Shown here in pieces: positions 48,301 through 58,706 of a stretch of DNA of 64,000 nt. Position 1 is the first letter of the stretch. Each line of letters opens with the position of its first letter. The DNA is from Methanobacteriota archaeon (GTDB taxonomy: Archaea > Methanobacteriota > Methanobacteria > Methanobacteriales > Methanobacteriaceae). Both the position numbers and the translations under genes were made by a program. The stretch covers positions 32,001 through 96,000 of the forward strand of contig CAWBCJ010000026.1 in the NCBI GenBank assembly GCA_963787255.1, given 5' to 3'. The notes beneath the pieces are model-generated. The model was not told the origin of the DNA. It worked only from the letters and a program-made list of their open reading frames with translations, and searched no databases.

Positions 48301-48477
48301 AAATATCATTTAATTTGGATATGGCCATAATTTTAAGAGCAGAATTATTAGCATTAACTGCAATACCCTTTTTATCGTGAAAAATAATCCCTATAGGTGA
48401 TTGATTGAATATTTCCTTAATTCATCCCATGATTGGAGTTTAGAGTCTTTTATGCTGTTTTTATTGGTTCTTTCCAT
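45400..48477 (-). CDS. Multi-PAS sensor histidine kinase, Cph1-like transmitter (frameshifts near 48420 and 45453)
   Basis: Repeated PAS/PAC units ending DITERKKAE, H-box FAYVSSHDLQEPLR, NLISNAIKF, DNGIGI and GTGIGL. Corrected ends are MERTNK...FKEIFNQSP and WVESDYGVGSTFYFTIPTV*. Confidence 0.92.
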
Positions 48478-48631
48478 TAAAAAAACACCTTGAAACTTAT
48501 ATAATTTAATTATAATTATAATTTATGATTTAATTTTTCACAAATATTATTAAAAAAAATTTTTACTTTTCAGATGCTCTTGCACTAAACCCATTAAATA
48601 AAACAGCACTTATAGAGTACCGGTGCTAAAA

Positions 48632-49025
48632 ATGAATATGACAGATGCAAGAGTACGTAAATGTAAGAATGTGTCAATATTAATTGATAAGAAGATGCGG
48701 GAACGCAGAATAGAACACGACAAATACATTATAATGCTAGATGAAAATACTCCCTTCGGAAAGGATGAATATGTTAAAATTATAAGTAAAACTGACTTTG
48801 AAAAACTTGGGCGAAATGCTCAAAACACTAAAAAATGAAAGAAATAGCCTAAAACAGCAAGTTATGAACCTTGAAACCCTGCTGGAAGTGCAGAAAAAGT
48901 TTATAGATAAAATTGAAAGTGTTGAAACAAGTAAAGAGAATAATTCAAGCTCTAAAGGAATATTCAAATTTTTTTTACTTCTTTCGATAAGAATAGGAGG
49001 AATAGTTTATGAGGTTATTTATTAA
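48632..49025 (+). CDS. Hypothetical protein with a beta-rich N-terminus and coiled-coil C-terminus (frameshift at ~48810)
   Basis: ORFs 48623-48838 and 48798-49025 join on removing one G (FEKLG-EMLKTLKNE). Confidence 0.6.
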
Positions 49026-49524
49026 AGCGTTATTTACTGTGATTTTTGCAATTACTATTACTGTTGTAGTGTCATTATTCATTGTCATTATTTCCAATAA
49101 TCATTTATTGACTTTTAATTCAGTTTTATCAGGAGTTATGTTAACAGTAGGGACTTTATTGATAATTTTAGGATTAGGATTAATAATTTATACCAATAAA
49201 TCATTTTTGAAAATAGGCAAAGGCACATTGGTACCTTTGGACCCCCCAAAGAACCTTATTGTTACTGGTGTGTATAGATATGTTAGAAATCCAATGATTA
49301 TCGGTGCTTTAACACTCATTTTTGGTGAAGCTTTGATATTTGCTTCTATTGGATTATTCGTATTGTTTCTCATGATTTTTACTGTGAATCATATCTATTT
49401 TGTTTATTCAGAAGAACCGGGCTTAACAAAAAGGTTTGGCAAAGATTACATTGAGTATAAAAATAATGTTCCAAGATGGATACCTCGCTTAACCCCATGG
49501 GAAAAGGATAATAACACGGAATAG
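49009..49524 (+). CDS. Isoprenylcysteine carboxyl methyltransferase / PEMT family membrane protein
   Basis: GKGTLVPLDPP.LIVTGVYRYVRNPMI and EEPGL..RFG..Y..Y...VPRWIP. Confidence 0.88.
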   Translation: MRLFIKALFTVIFAITITVVVSLFIVIISNNHLLTFNSVLSGVMLTVGTLLIILGLGLIIYTNKSFLKIGKGTLVPLDPPKNLIVTGVYRYVRNPMIIGALTLIFGEALIFASIGLFVLFLMIFTVNHIYFVYSEEPGLTKRFGKDYIEYKNNVPRWIPRLTPWEKDNNTE

Positions 49525-49595
49525 GACTTGCAATTGCCCGAAAAATAGTCCATCAACAAGGCGGACAAATATGGGCCGAATCAAAACCAGGATAA
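49518..49595 (+). pseudogene. Histidine kinase HATPase remnant
   Basis: GIGLAIARKIVHQQGGQIWAESKPG*, overlapping the stop of the upstream gene. Confidence 0.75.
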
Positions 49596-49658
49596 TAAAC
49601 TTCTTAATATTTTTAAATCGGGGGTTGAGACCATTAATTGATATGAATTGATTATAAC

Positions 49659-49927
49659 ATGGGTTACAACAGCGTTTTCAGTAGTAGGTTCGATAATATA
49701 TATGGTGGCATATTAGCAACAATCAAAACGTTAGTACCAGAAATAAGAAGAAAACACTTTTATTATGCAGAAATTCGATTCACATCAAAAATTACCCTGT
49801 GACTAGAATTTTTCATAGCAGGAGACCTCATAAAAACCATCACCGAACCAACATTCTCTCAAATCACCACACTAGCCGTAATCGTCTGTATACGAAAGTA
49901 ATCGGATACTTCATGGACAAAGAATAA
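49659..49927 (+). pseudogene. DUF1622 family membrane protein remnant
   Basis: IYGGILATIKTL...FTSKITL*LEFFIAGDLIKTITEPTFSQITTLAVIVCIR / VIGYFMDKE*. Contains an internal stop and frameshifts. Confidence 0.7.
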
Positions 49928-50111
49928 TAAGAACCCAAAAAACAAATTCAAAAATAGGTTATTATTAATTCTTCGAAAATTGTAATTCATCAAAAATCTA
50001 GAATAGTACTATAGATGTGATTTATTTTGACCACGCTTTAAACCAGGATATGAACTAACTTAATGACAAATCCATGAATCTGTTGATCAAAGAATAAAAG
50101 GAGGAAAAAAA

Positions 50112-50468
50112 ATGATTACAAAAATGAGTGAAAGTAAAGGAAATGTATTAGGCTTCAAACTAATAGGTGACGTTACTAAAGAAGATTACAAAATATTAGT
50201 GCTTGAAGTGCAAGCACTGGTAGACAAAGAAGGATCAATTTCCCTACTTAGCGATATGACACAATTCAAATGGGTAGATATAGATGCATGGGGGGCCGAT
50301 TTTAACTTTAGCCGTACATACCGCAAGAAGATAAATAAAATGGCCATCATTGGGGATAAAACTTGGGAAAAGTGGCTAACAAATCTTGTAGAACTTTTTT
50401 TATCCATAGAAACCAAGTTTTTCGACCCGATTGATATAGAAGCTGCATGGAAATGGTTAAAAGAATAA
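50112..50468 (+). CDS. STAS/SEC14 (SpoIIAA-like) domain protein
   Basis: GNVLGFKLIGDVTKEDY, KMAIIGDKTWEKW and EAAWKWLKE. GGAGG RBS. Confidence 0.88.
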   Translation: MITKMSESKGNVLGFKLIGDVTKEDYKILVLEVQALVDKEGSISLLSDMTQFKWVDIDAWGADFNFSRTYRKKINKMAIIGDKTWEKWLTNLVELFLSIETKFFDPIDIEAAWKWLKE

Positions 50469-50571
50469 AACCTCGCAAACAGACAACCCTGGAGATACTT
50501 CTGCTAGAGACGGAGAATCAAAATAGAAGCATCATATATTTCTTTTATTTTTAACAATTTTTTTGATACCT

Positions 50572-50746
50572 ATGGATAAAGATTGATTTATGGTGGAGAA
50601 TAGTAACACCAGAAATAAGGCGAAGGCACTTCTGGGAGGCTATAGAAGAGGCTCAAAGGAATTTTCTACTGGCAAGTCTGCGAGGGGAAACATTTACCAT
50701 ATCTGGTAAGGGTCAGGCACGTGTTATTAGTCGTAGATGGAAGTAA
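50572..50746 (+). CDS. ~57-aa small basic protein (one extra A near the start; not in ORF track)
   Basis: Corrected sequence MDKIDLWWRIVTPEIRRRHFWEAIEEAQRNFLLASLRGETFTISGKGQARVISRRWK*. Two decayed paralogs lie at 36.6-37.3 kb. Confidence 0.65.
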
Positions 50747-50951
50747 AATAAGCAAAAGTAGTGCAATTAGTAGCAGATAATTGAAGCTTCCTGCAATATA
50801 CTTAAATCTAGTATGAAAAAATGATTTTACTGGCTGTTTGATAGTTACCACTACACATATAAACCTTGATTACTTTAAATCGCACTGAAATTATTCAAAT
50901 GAATTAAAGAATAAAATATTATTTTTTATAATTTAGTAAGATGTTCTATTA

Positions 50952-51046
50952 AAGATCTGGTGGAGTCTTAGTTTGGTAATGGTTCGAATTTTTATTTCAC
51001 TATTCCCATTGAAGATACAGTTGAAGAGTATGAGTGCAGTTCCTAA
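50952..51046 (+). pseudogene. Histidine kinase C-terminal remnant
   Basis: KIW / VES*FGNGSNFYFTIPIEDTVEEYECSS*. Confidence 0.65.
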
Positions 51047-51334
51047 AATCAGATATTTTTTATTGATTTTTTTGTTATAACGGTGTTATTTGTGAGTTAA
51101 ATTTATATACTCCTTTCAAAACTGTGATATTAATATAATGTATGTTACTAAATTGTAGAATATTTTAATAAAATAGATAAAACTAAATTAATACTTTCTA
51201 GTTAATAATATATTACATTATAAGTAAAAATCACCCTAGAGATTAAGAATTTGTCTTATAACTATTTAACATAGGATTAATGAACTTTAAAAAAAATGTT
51301 CAAAATCAAAAAAAATAATGAAATGAAAAATTTT

Positions 51335-52180
51335 TTAACGAACTTTTAAGTTGGACTGGAAAGATCTGGCCATTATTGGATTTGCAGCCATTTCCGGCAA
51401 TCCTAAATCATTTAAAACCAACTTACAAAATTCTAATGGATCTAAACCTGAATTATACTTGGCTATTTTATCAACTGACACCTGAATTTGTTTTAGGTAG
51501 TCTAAACCTTCATCCATAACTTGATATGCACTTTCACCTTCTCTTGGTTCATCCCATGAAGCTAATAATACCTTAATTCCTTCAATTTCCTTTAATTTTT
51601 TAATAGATTGGATAGATTCTGTTGCATCATCATAAATAGGCAAATCTCCCCTAATTGGAACAGCATCTCCTGTAAATAAAACTCCCTCTCCCGGAATAAG
51701 GAGAGATATGGAACCATTAGAATGTCCGGGTGTATGAATAATTTTTAAGTTTAGTTCTTCGCCTAAATTCACTATGTCCATATCTTCAAGTATAATATCA
51801 ACTTCAACGGATCCTTCCACAAGAGAATGGAAATTGGGCACAGGACGTTCTTTTGCCTGTAAATCTATATCTTCTATCCATGATCTTTCACCGGGATGTG
51901 CTGCTATTTTACAACCTGATTTTTCCTTTATAGATTTTGCTGATCCGATATGGTCAGGATGGGAATGTGTTAAAATCAATAATGAAATATCATCGGGTTT
52001 TAATCCAATATTATCTAAATAATCAAAGATCACAGACTCTGAAGATACAACTCCGCTGTCAATTAAGCATACTTCGTCTCCTAGTATCAAATAGGAATAT
52101 ACGAATCTTTCAAGTATTCCTGAATCTGTTTTTACCTGAAAAGGAATCTTTATTGCATGAACATGTTTAGTAATTTGCAT
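51335..52180 (-). CDS. MBL-fold metallo-hydrolase
   Basis: LIDSG, THSHPDHIG, HTPGHSNGS and LFTGDA. Confidence 0.9.
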   Translation of the reverse strand: MQITKHVHAIKIPFQVKTDSGILERFVYSYLILGDEVCLIDSGVVSSESVIFDYLDNIGLKPDDISLLILTHSHPDHIGSAKSIKEKSGCKIAAHPGERSWIEDIDLQAKERPVPNFHSLVEGSVEVDIILEDMDIVNLGEELNLKIIHTPGHSNGSISLLIPGEGVLFTGDAVPIRGDLPIYDDATESIQSIKKLKEIEGIKVLLASWDEPREGESAYQVMDEGLDYLKQIQVSVDKIAKYNSGLDPLEFCKLVLNDLGLPEMAANPIMARSFQSNLKVR

Positions 52181-52234
52181 TTTCTTTTACTCCAGTGTTT
52201 TTATTGTGAAATTTATATTCAGTTAAAAATTATC

Positions 52235-52793
52235 TTATTTATTTAGTATAATGCATTGGATCCATTCATCTGTAGACATAACTTTGCTAAATCTCATCGC
52301 TTGGGTAATTAAAATCGCATTATGAAGTTCCTCAGCACTTATTTCTCCAGCAGAATTTGATATATCAAGTGTTCCAGTTGCATCGCTTAGAAATTCCACA
52401 TTAAAACCTAGATGCATTGCCTGTCTTGCAGTTGTATCACAGCACATCTGAGTCATATATCCACAAATAACAACTGTTTCTATACTATTTTCTTTAAGCC
52501 ATAACTCTAAATCTGTTCCTGTGAAACTTCCAGGCAAATTTTTCTCAATGATTTTGTCATAATCCTTTTTTAAAATTTCTTTGTGGATTTCATGTTCATC
52601 AGTGCCTTTTTTAAAAGTAACTGCATCTTCTCCAGGGTTTGTATGTTGAATAAGAAGCACTGGAATATTATTTTTATTTGCAGAATCTATAGCTTTTATA
52701 ATATTCTCAAAACTGTTTTCTGGATAAGTTAACGGGTAATTTTCCAGTGAAATATTCGTTTTGCACGTCAATTACAAGTAATGCTCTTTTCAT
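52235..52793 (-). CDS. Isochorismatase-family cysteine hydrolase (frameshift at ~52730)
   Basis: True start MKRALLVIDVQNEYFTGKLP at 52793 joins ..TYPENS..KNLPGSF..GYMTQMCCDTTARQA. Confidence 0.88.
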
Positions 52794-52940
52794 GATATAT
52801 TCCCTCAAAATTGATCTTAAATTTATATAATTTCTATTGTTTTATTATTTAAATCAGATTATTCTATTTTAATTCATAAATAAATTGAAAATTTTTTTAT
52901 TACAGAACAAGAAATACTTTAAATCATAAAAAAATTAATT

Positions 52941-53585
52941 TTGAAGGTGAATCAATTGAAAGTAACTGATGACGTATATGCCATAGATTCAACAAAAGGA
53001 AATTATGCATATCTAATTTCGGGCGATGAAATAATTTTAGTTGATACGGGACGTCCAGGGCAAGGAAAAGGTATTTTAAATGACTTAAAATCTATGAATA
53101 TAAATCTTCAAGATATTAAACAGATTCTAATCACACATCATGATATTGATCATATAGGAAACCTTGCCTTACTTGAAAAGGAAACCAGGGCAAGTATATG
53201 GGCTTCAAAGGAAGATATGCCCTATATTTGGGGGCAAAAAAGCCGTCATGGTATTAAAAAGTATCTTTCGTTTATTATGAGGGCAAAAAAGCCGAAAAAT
53301 ATACAGCCTTACCCTAAAGAAATGAGAATTGGAGATATTGAAATTATACCAACTCCAGGACATACACCAGGACACGTTTGTCTACTTTATAAGGATGTTT
53401 TATTTGCAGGGGATTTGTTTAGAAGTTCCAAAGGGCAGTTAAAACCAATGATGTCATTAATGAACTGGAATGAATCTATTTTAAAAGATTCTATTAAAAA
53501 AATAAGTGATTATGATTTTAAATGGATATGTCCTGCTCATGGTGAACCCCTTAAACGAGATGGTCAATTGGAACAATTATTTTAG
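52941..53585 (+). CDS. MBL-fold metallo-hydrolase
   Basis: LVDTG, THHDIDHIG, TPGHTPGH, FAGD and CPAHG. Confidence 0.9.
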   Translation: MKVNQLKVTDDVYAIDSTKGNYAYLISGDEIILVDTGRPGQGKGILNDLKSMNINLQDIKQILITHHDIDHIGNLALLEKETRASIWASKEDMPYIWGQKSRHGIKKYLSFIMRAKKPKNIQPYPKEMRIGDIEIIPTPGHTPGHVCLLYKDVLFAGDLFRSSKGQLKPMMSLMNWNESILKDSIKKISDYDFKWICPAHGEPLKRDGQLEQLF

Positions 53586-53631
53586 ATATATTATCCATTT
53601 TTTGACAATGAAAAAAAGAGGAAGGATTTAA

Positions 53632-54274
53632 ATGAAAATCCTGGATCAGAAAAAATATTGGGACAAAGTAGCCGAAGAAAAGAAATTTCCAACACCTTTT
53701 CAAACTCGAGGAATTTGAAAAACATGTTTTAAAGGAAATGAACATCCTTGATGTGGGCTGCGGCTACGGAAGAACTCTAAATGAACTCCATAATCTGGGA
53801 TTTAAGAATTTAACAGGCATTGATTATTCTAAAGGTATGATAAACAGAGGATTAAGGTTATATCCTTATTTAAATCTTATAAAAAATGATGGGGATACAA
53901 TACCATTTCCAGATAATGAATTTGATGCAGTACTCCTTATCGCCGTATTAACATCCAATTATAAAGATAAAGAACAGGAAAGCTTAATATCAGAGATTTC
54001 AAGGGTTTTAAAGGATAAAGGAATTTTATATGTTAATGATTACCTCATAAATCAAGATAAAAGAAATCTGGAACGTTACAAAAAATATGAAGATAAATAC
54101 GGAATATATGGTGTTTTTGAACTTCCTGAAGGTGCAGTTTTTAGACATCACACCAAAGAACATATTTTGGAATTAACTGCAAATTTTAAGCAATTAATAT
54201 TTGGAAATAAAGTTTATGACACAATGAATGGGAATAAATCTAATGGATTTTATTATATCGGCCAAAAGAAATGA
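53632..54274 (+). CDS. Class I SAM-dependent methyltransferase (frameshift at ~53703)
   Basis: MKILDQKKYWDKVAEEKKFPTPFQ joins LEEFEKH..ILDVGCGYGR..GIDYS. Confidence 0.88.
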
Positions 54275-54324
54275 AAAAGTCGTACTATACAAGTCATAAA
54301 AATAATCCCATAAAAACTTTTTAT

Positions 54325-54888
54325 TTATTTTTTAATCCAATCTCTTTTTAGCAAGGAATAAATATTTTCATCCCAATATCTGTTATGCCAGTATCCATAT
54401 TCTCTAAGCATCCCTTCTTTTTTAAAACCAAGCTTTTTAAGTAAATTAATTGATGAAAAAGCTTCCGGAACTGTGAATGCTTCGACACGGTTTAAGTTCA
54501 TAGTTTTAAATCCATATCTAATGATTTCTTTAAGTGCTTCAGTAGCGTATCCATTTCCCCAGTATTCCTGGCCTAATTCGTATCCTATTTCTCCCCTGGA
54601 GCTTTTTCTTACGTGACTGTTGTAACCACAGGTTCCAATAACTTCATCGGTTTTTTTAATTACAATAGCCCATCTAATACCTTCTTTTCTTCTATACAGA
54701 CTGTTTAATATCCTTATTAGGTTCATGGATTGTTCAAGGTTCTTAAAAGTGTTTACATTCAAGTATTTAGTTACTTCAGGATCTGACCAGTACTTAAACA
54801 ATGTTTCAGCGTCTTTTACTGATAATTTCCTTAAAAAAAGCCTTTCAGTATAAATTTCTGGAAAAAAATCATTTTCAGATCTCTTCAT
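54325..54888 (-). CDS. RimJ/RimL-type GNAT N-acetyltransferase
   Basis: TERLFLR, EIGYEL...WGNGYATEA and LGFKKEGMLR. Confidence 0.92.
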   Translation of the reverse strand: MKRSENDFFPEIYTERLFLRKLSVKDAETLFKYWSDPEVTKYLNVNTFKNLEQSMNLIRILNSLYRRKEGIRWAIVIKKTDEVIGTCGYNSHVRKSSRGEIGYELGQEYWGNGYATEALKEIIRYGFKTMNLNRVEAFTVPEAFSSINLLKKLGFKKEGMLREYGYWHNRYWDENIYSLLKRDWIKK

Positions 54889-54909
54889 TTTAAACTCCTA
54901 CATAGTATA

Positions 54910-55541
54910 TTATTTAAGGATTTCTTTCACAATTTTTGTAATTTCAAACCCCAATTTGAGGTGTTCATCAATATCAAGATGTATTCCGTCAATATTGCTT
55001 GCATTAACAATCTCTGCAGCATCTAAAAATTCAATGTCATATTCTTCAGCCACTTCCATATAATACTGGTTTAATTTCAATGACTTTAATTTCCCATGTT
55101 CAAATTCATCTTTAAAATTAGATAACTGCTTTATATGCGGTGGCGAAACCAGTAATATTTTTGGGGGATTATTATGTGTACCGGATTCACTTTTAAGGAT
55201 GATATTTATTAGAACACGGATTCCATCTGCTATTTCTGATGGAGAAAGTGAAAAACATGTTTTAAGGTCGTTACTACCTAAAAATAGAATTACAAGGTCA
55301 ATGGGCCTGTGGGATGAAAGACATGGAAGGAGATATTTCATTCCATTTTTTTATAACCGCCATGTAAAGGATCATCCCAAACCGTTGTCCTACCATTTAA
55401 GCCCTCTTCAATTATTTGATAATCACTGCCCATTTCATTCCTTAAAACTCCAGACCACCTTTTATTAATGCCTATACGTTCTCCAGTTTCAGGATGGTAG
55501 CCCCAGGTAAGTGAATCTCCATAACAAAGAACAGTTTTCAT
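54910..55541 (-). CDS. SGNH/GDSL hydrolase (frameshift in an A-run at ~55350)
   Basis: CYGDSLTWG, EEGLNGRTT, LGSND and DGIH blocks spread over two ORFs. Confidence 0.9.
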
Positions 55542-55570
55542 AATAATGCCTCTAAACCCATTTTATTTAA

Positions 55571-56465
55571 TTATTTTATATTTAAAAGTTTCTTTATATA
55601 TCCCCCTGCACTTTCAACTGCTTTATGGCCCTCGGGAATATTTGAAGAAAACATCTGAAAGCAGTGAAACATGTCTTTCCACAGTTCAAAACTAACCTCA
55701 ACATCAGATGCACGTGCTTTTTTATGAAATTCGATTATGTCATCTAAAAGCAGCTCATGGCCTCCAACTTGGATCAAAAGTGGTGGTAAACCATGTAGAT
55801 CACCGTAGATAGGGGATGCTAAAGGATTTTTTGCATTTTCTCCTTTTAAATAAATCTTTCTCAAAGTATTGAGTCTTTCAGAGTTTATCCAGTCTTTTCC
55901 TTTATTTGTAACAATAGAATGGCCCTGGGAAGAGTAGATCCACAAGGGGTGACATGCATACTGCTCCTGCAGGAAGTTCAACTCCTTTTTCTTTTAAATG
56001 TAAAAGTACAGATAAAGCAAGGGTTCCCCCAGAAGATATGCCTGCTAAAACGATATTTGATGGTTTAATGCCCTGTTTTAAAAGCCATAAATATGAAATG
56101 AGGCAGTCTTCTAAAGCTGCTGGAAATTTGTTTTCAGGAGCAAGCCTATAATCAACACTTAAAACACAACAACCAGATGATGCTGATAATTTCCCGCATA
56201 AATCTAGATGGTCCTTAGTAGAGCCTATTGTGAAACATCCTCCGTGAAAAAAGAGTATCACACTTTTATTACTTGCTCCTTCAGCATAAATTTTAAAAGT
56301 ATCAATATCTTCTATTTCTTGCTTTTCAACATGTAGCTTCTGATTTTGGCTGAATTTCAAGTTTAATTGTTCAAAATCTTTTCTAAGCTGGAAAATATTA
56401 CTTGTACGTAATGAAATATTTTTATTGATTAGATCAAGCACTTCACTAGCTTCAAAACTATCCAT
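55571..56465 (-). CDS. Alpha/beta hydrolase, HSL-type esterase (frameshift at ~55924)
   Basis: HGGCF, DYRLAPE, GISSGG, ASPIYGDLHGLPP and MFHCF. Confidence 0.9.
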
Positions 56466-56585
56466 AACATCCCTTTTTATTTTTTTTACATTTTTATTTA
56501 TTCTATTTATTTAAAATCGATTATAAATAATTTTAAGTTTAAGGAGAGTACTTTTCAAGTGCTGTCATTACTTTTTTATTAAAGT

Positions 56586-57773
56586 ATGTTGATATATAAG
56601 AACATGATTAAAGGCAAAAGGGCTTACCTGAAAAAGCTCACTTCTAACCTCAACGTTAAATCTGTGGATGTTGGAAGGGAGCTTGAAGGCAGCACGCCTC
56701 CTTCTGTTTTTATTGGAAGCTGGAATTACCCTAAAGTGTATGCCGGTCCAATGATAGCACCACTTCAAGGAGATACTGCTATTATGGATATGCCCGAATC
56801 ATGGATTCCTGAACAGAAGACCCAAGAAGATATTATAGGTTACAGATTAAGCTTGGTGAGAGGAAAGCAAACTGTAGGCATACAGGATCTTGATAATAGT
56901 TTTGTGGAGAAGCTTCAGGAGATATCTCTTTCATTTAAATCCATTGAAAGTGAAGCCAGTTTTGGAAGCCGTCCACGTGGACTTTCTTTTACTGATGAGA
57001 CCGCTCCTCATGGTCCCAGTGCATTAATCGAAAAATTCGACATAGAAAGCGTTAAATGGGACAAGCAACTGGAGAAAGTTTATTATGACACTGATTTTAA
57101 GGCCTCAGAAGCTACTTTAGACCTTCACAGCAAGGGATTACCATTTTCAAATATACAAAAAGCCTTTTCTGTCGGAACAATGGGAATTGGCAAAAATAGA
57201 AGATTAGTTCCAACTAGATGGTCTATAACTGCCTGTGACACCATAATTGGTGATAATTTACTTAAAGAAGTCAGAAATTATGATATACTGGATACTTATC
57301 GTGTTTATGAATTTAGCAGTCTCAATAATTATTATGCAGTCCTTCTTCTTCCAATGGAATGGCAGTATGAATGGATTGAAGCATTTTTACATGTTTTAGG
57401 TCGTGAAGAATTAATTTTTGCTGATCATGAGCTTAATGGTGGTAAAAAAGAATATTCATGTGTGGGTGGATGTTATTACACTTGTAAAATGGCAGTTCTT
57501 GAAGCATTGGCACGTGAAAAGAAGCAGGCAGGTGCAATTGTTTTAAGAGAAGCATACAATGGATACGTGCCTCTTGGAGTTTTTAACGTCCGCGAAAATG
57601 TTAGAAGTGCAATGAATGAAATTCCAAGGGAATTTGAAGATATGAATACAGCTTTAGCTTATATTGAAACAAAATTAAAGCTACCCATGGATAAATTTAA
57701 AGAAACAAGCACTCTTCTTCAGGATTTAGTGCGATCAAGACAGATGACCCTTGACAGTTTTATAAGATTTTAA
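56586..57773 (+). CDS. nreA: Nre family DNA repair protein
   Basis: [38 protein letters not shown], and C-terminal PIP-box-like QMTLDSF. Confidence 0.9.
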   Translation: MLIYKNMIKGKRAYLKKLTSNLNVKSVDVGRELEGSTPPSVFIGSWNYPKVYAGPMIAPLQGDTAIMDMPESWIPEQKTQEDIIGYRLSLVRGKQTVGIQDLDNSFVEKLQEISLSFKSIESEASFGSRPRGLSFTDETAPHGPSALIEKFDIESVKWDKQLEKVYYDTDFKASEATLDLHSKGLPFSNIQKAFSVGTMGIGKNRRLVPTRWSITACDTIIGDNLLKEVRNYDILDTYRVYEFSSLNNYYAVLLLPMEWQYEWIEAFLHVLGREELIFADHELNGGKKEYSCVGGCYYTCKMAVLEALAREKKQAGAIVLREAYNGYVPLGVFNVRENVRSAMNEIPREFEDMNTALAYIETKLKLPMDKFKETSTLLQDLVRSRQMTLDSFIRF

Positions 57774-58269
57774 AACTTACTCCTTTTTTTATAATTCCTT
57801 TGATAAAGTTTAAACGAGGCACTCTTTTCATGTAATCTTTATAAACCTGGCCGAACTTTTCTAAATCACTCTTTTCTTCTTCTATTATAACGTAATAGAG
57901 CAATACGATTCGTGTAATTCCTATAATAATGTTCAACCAGTATTGGGAGATGAAAATGAGTGCAATAGCTGTTAAAATGAAAGCTAAGTACATTGGATGC
58001 CGGATAATCGAATAAACTCCACTATCAATTATATTTGTTGTATCCAGCCAGTTTTTTCCTTCTGCACTTTTACCTATGGCCTTGAAATCTTTTTGAGACT
58101 TATACAACACGATTATGCCTACTGTAAGTATTATCCATCCGATGTAGGCTAATAAATCAATTCCTGCCCAGTTATAGAAAAATATGCATAGAATAATTTG
58201 TGCAATAAACAAAAGGGTTATTAAATAAGAGATAATCATAAATTTCTGGTTAGTTGTCTGATTTGGCAT
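57760..58269 (-). CDS. Isoprenylcysteine carboxyl methyltransferase family membrane protein
   Basis: [11 protein letters not shown] and EEE....[12 protein letters not shown]. Confidence 0.88.
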   Translation of the reverse strand: MPNQTTNQKFMIISYLITLLFIAQIILCIFFYNWAGIDLLAYIGWIILTVGIIVLYKSQKDFKAIGKSAEGKNWLDTTNIIDSGVYSIIRHPMYLAFILTAIALIFISQYWLNIIIGITRIVLLYYVIIEEEKSDLEKFGQVYKDYMKRVPRLNFIKGIIKKGVSFKIL

Positions 58270-58533
58270 GTTTTAAAGTGTGTTTATTTTAATTGCTATA
58301 TAAAATAATATTATATTTTATATTGCAGTGAAATTTTCTCTTTTTAAAAGGGTTATATTTAACTAAAACTGTTGTAATGTGTGTAATTTTGATTTTCTTA
58401 ACAGGTTAAAAATAGTAGCATTTTTAAGTCGTTATAGGTATGAATAACGAAAATAAGATTCAATATATTTTCCATTTGTCATCTTAGGATCCTTTTTAAT
58501 AGTTATTACTTATTTTATATCAATCATAACATT

Positions 58534-58645
58534 TATTGGGTAATTTTTATTTTTGCAATTTGGGAATGATTTGGGTAAATCTGGGATTGATTTGTATATA
58601 ATTTACACCAGATTTGGAAGGAATTTTGAAATAGTTATTTATATA
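58534..58645 (+). promoter_or_regulatory. Helically phased ATTTGG(G) direct repeats upstream of a TATA box
   Basis: Repeats at 58558, 58569, 58579, 58590, 58612 (and 58623). TTTATATA at 58638. Confidence 0.55.
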
Positions 58646-58706
58646 CTCCTTTTTTATACAATAGGGCATGCATTGTAAAAGAAATTATTAAATAGGAGTT
58701 TTAAAA

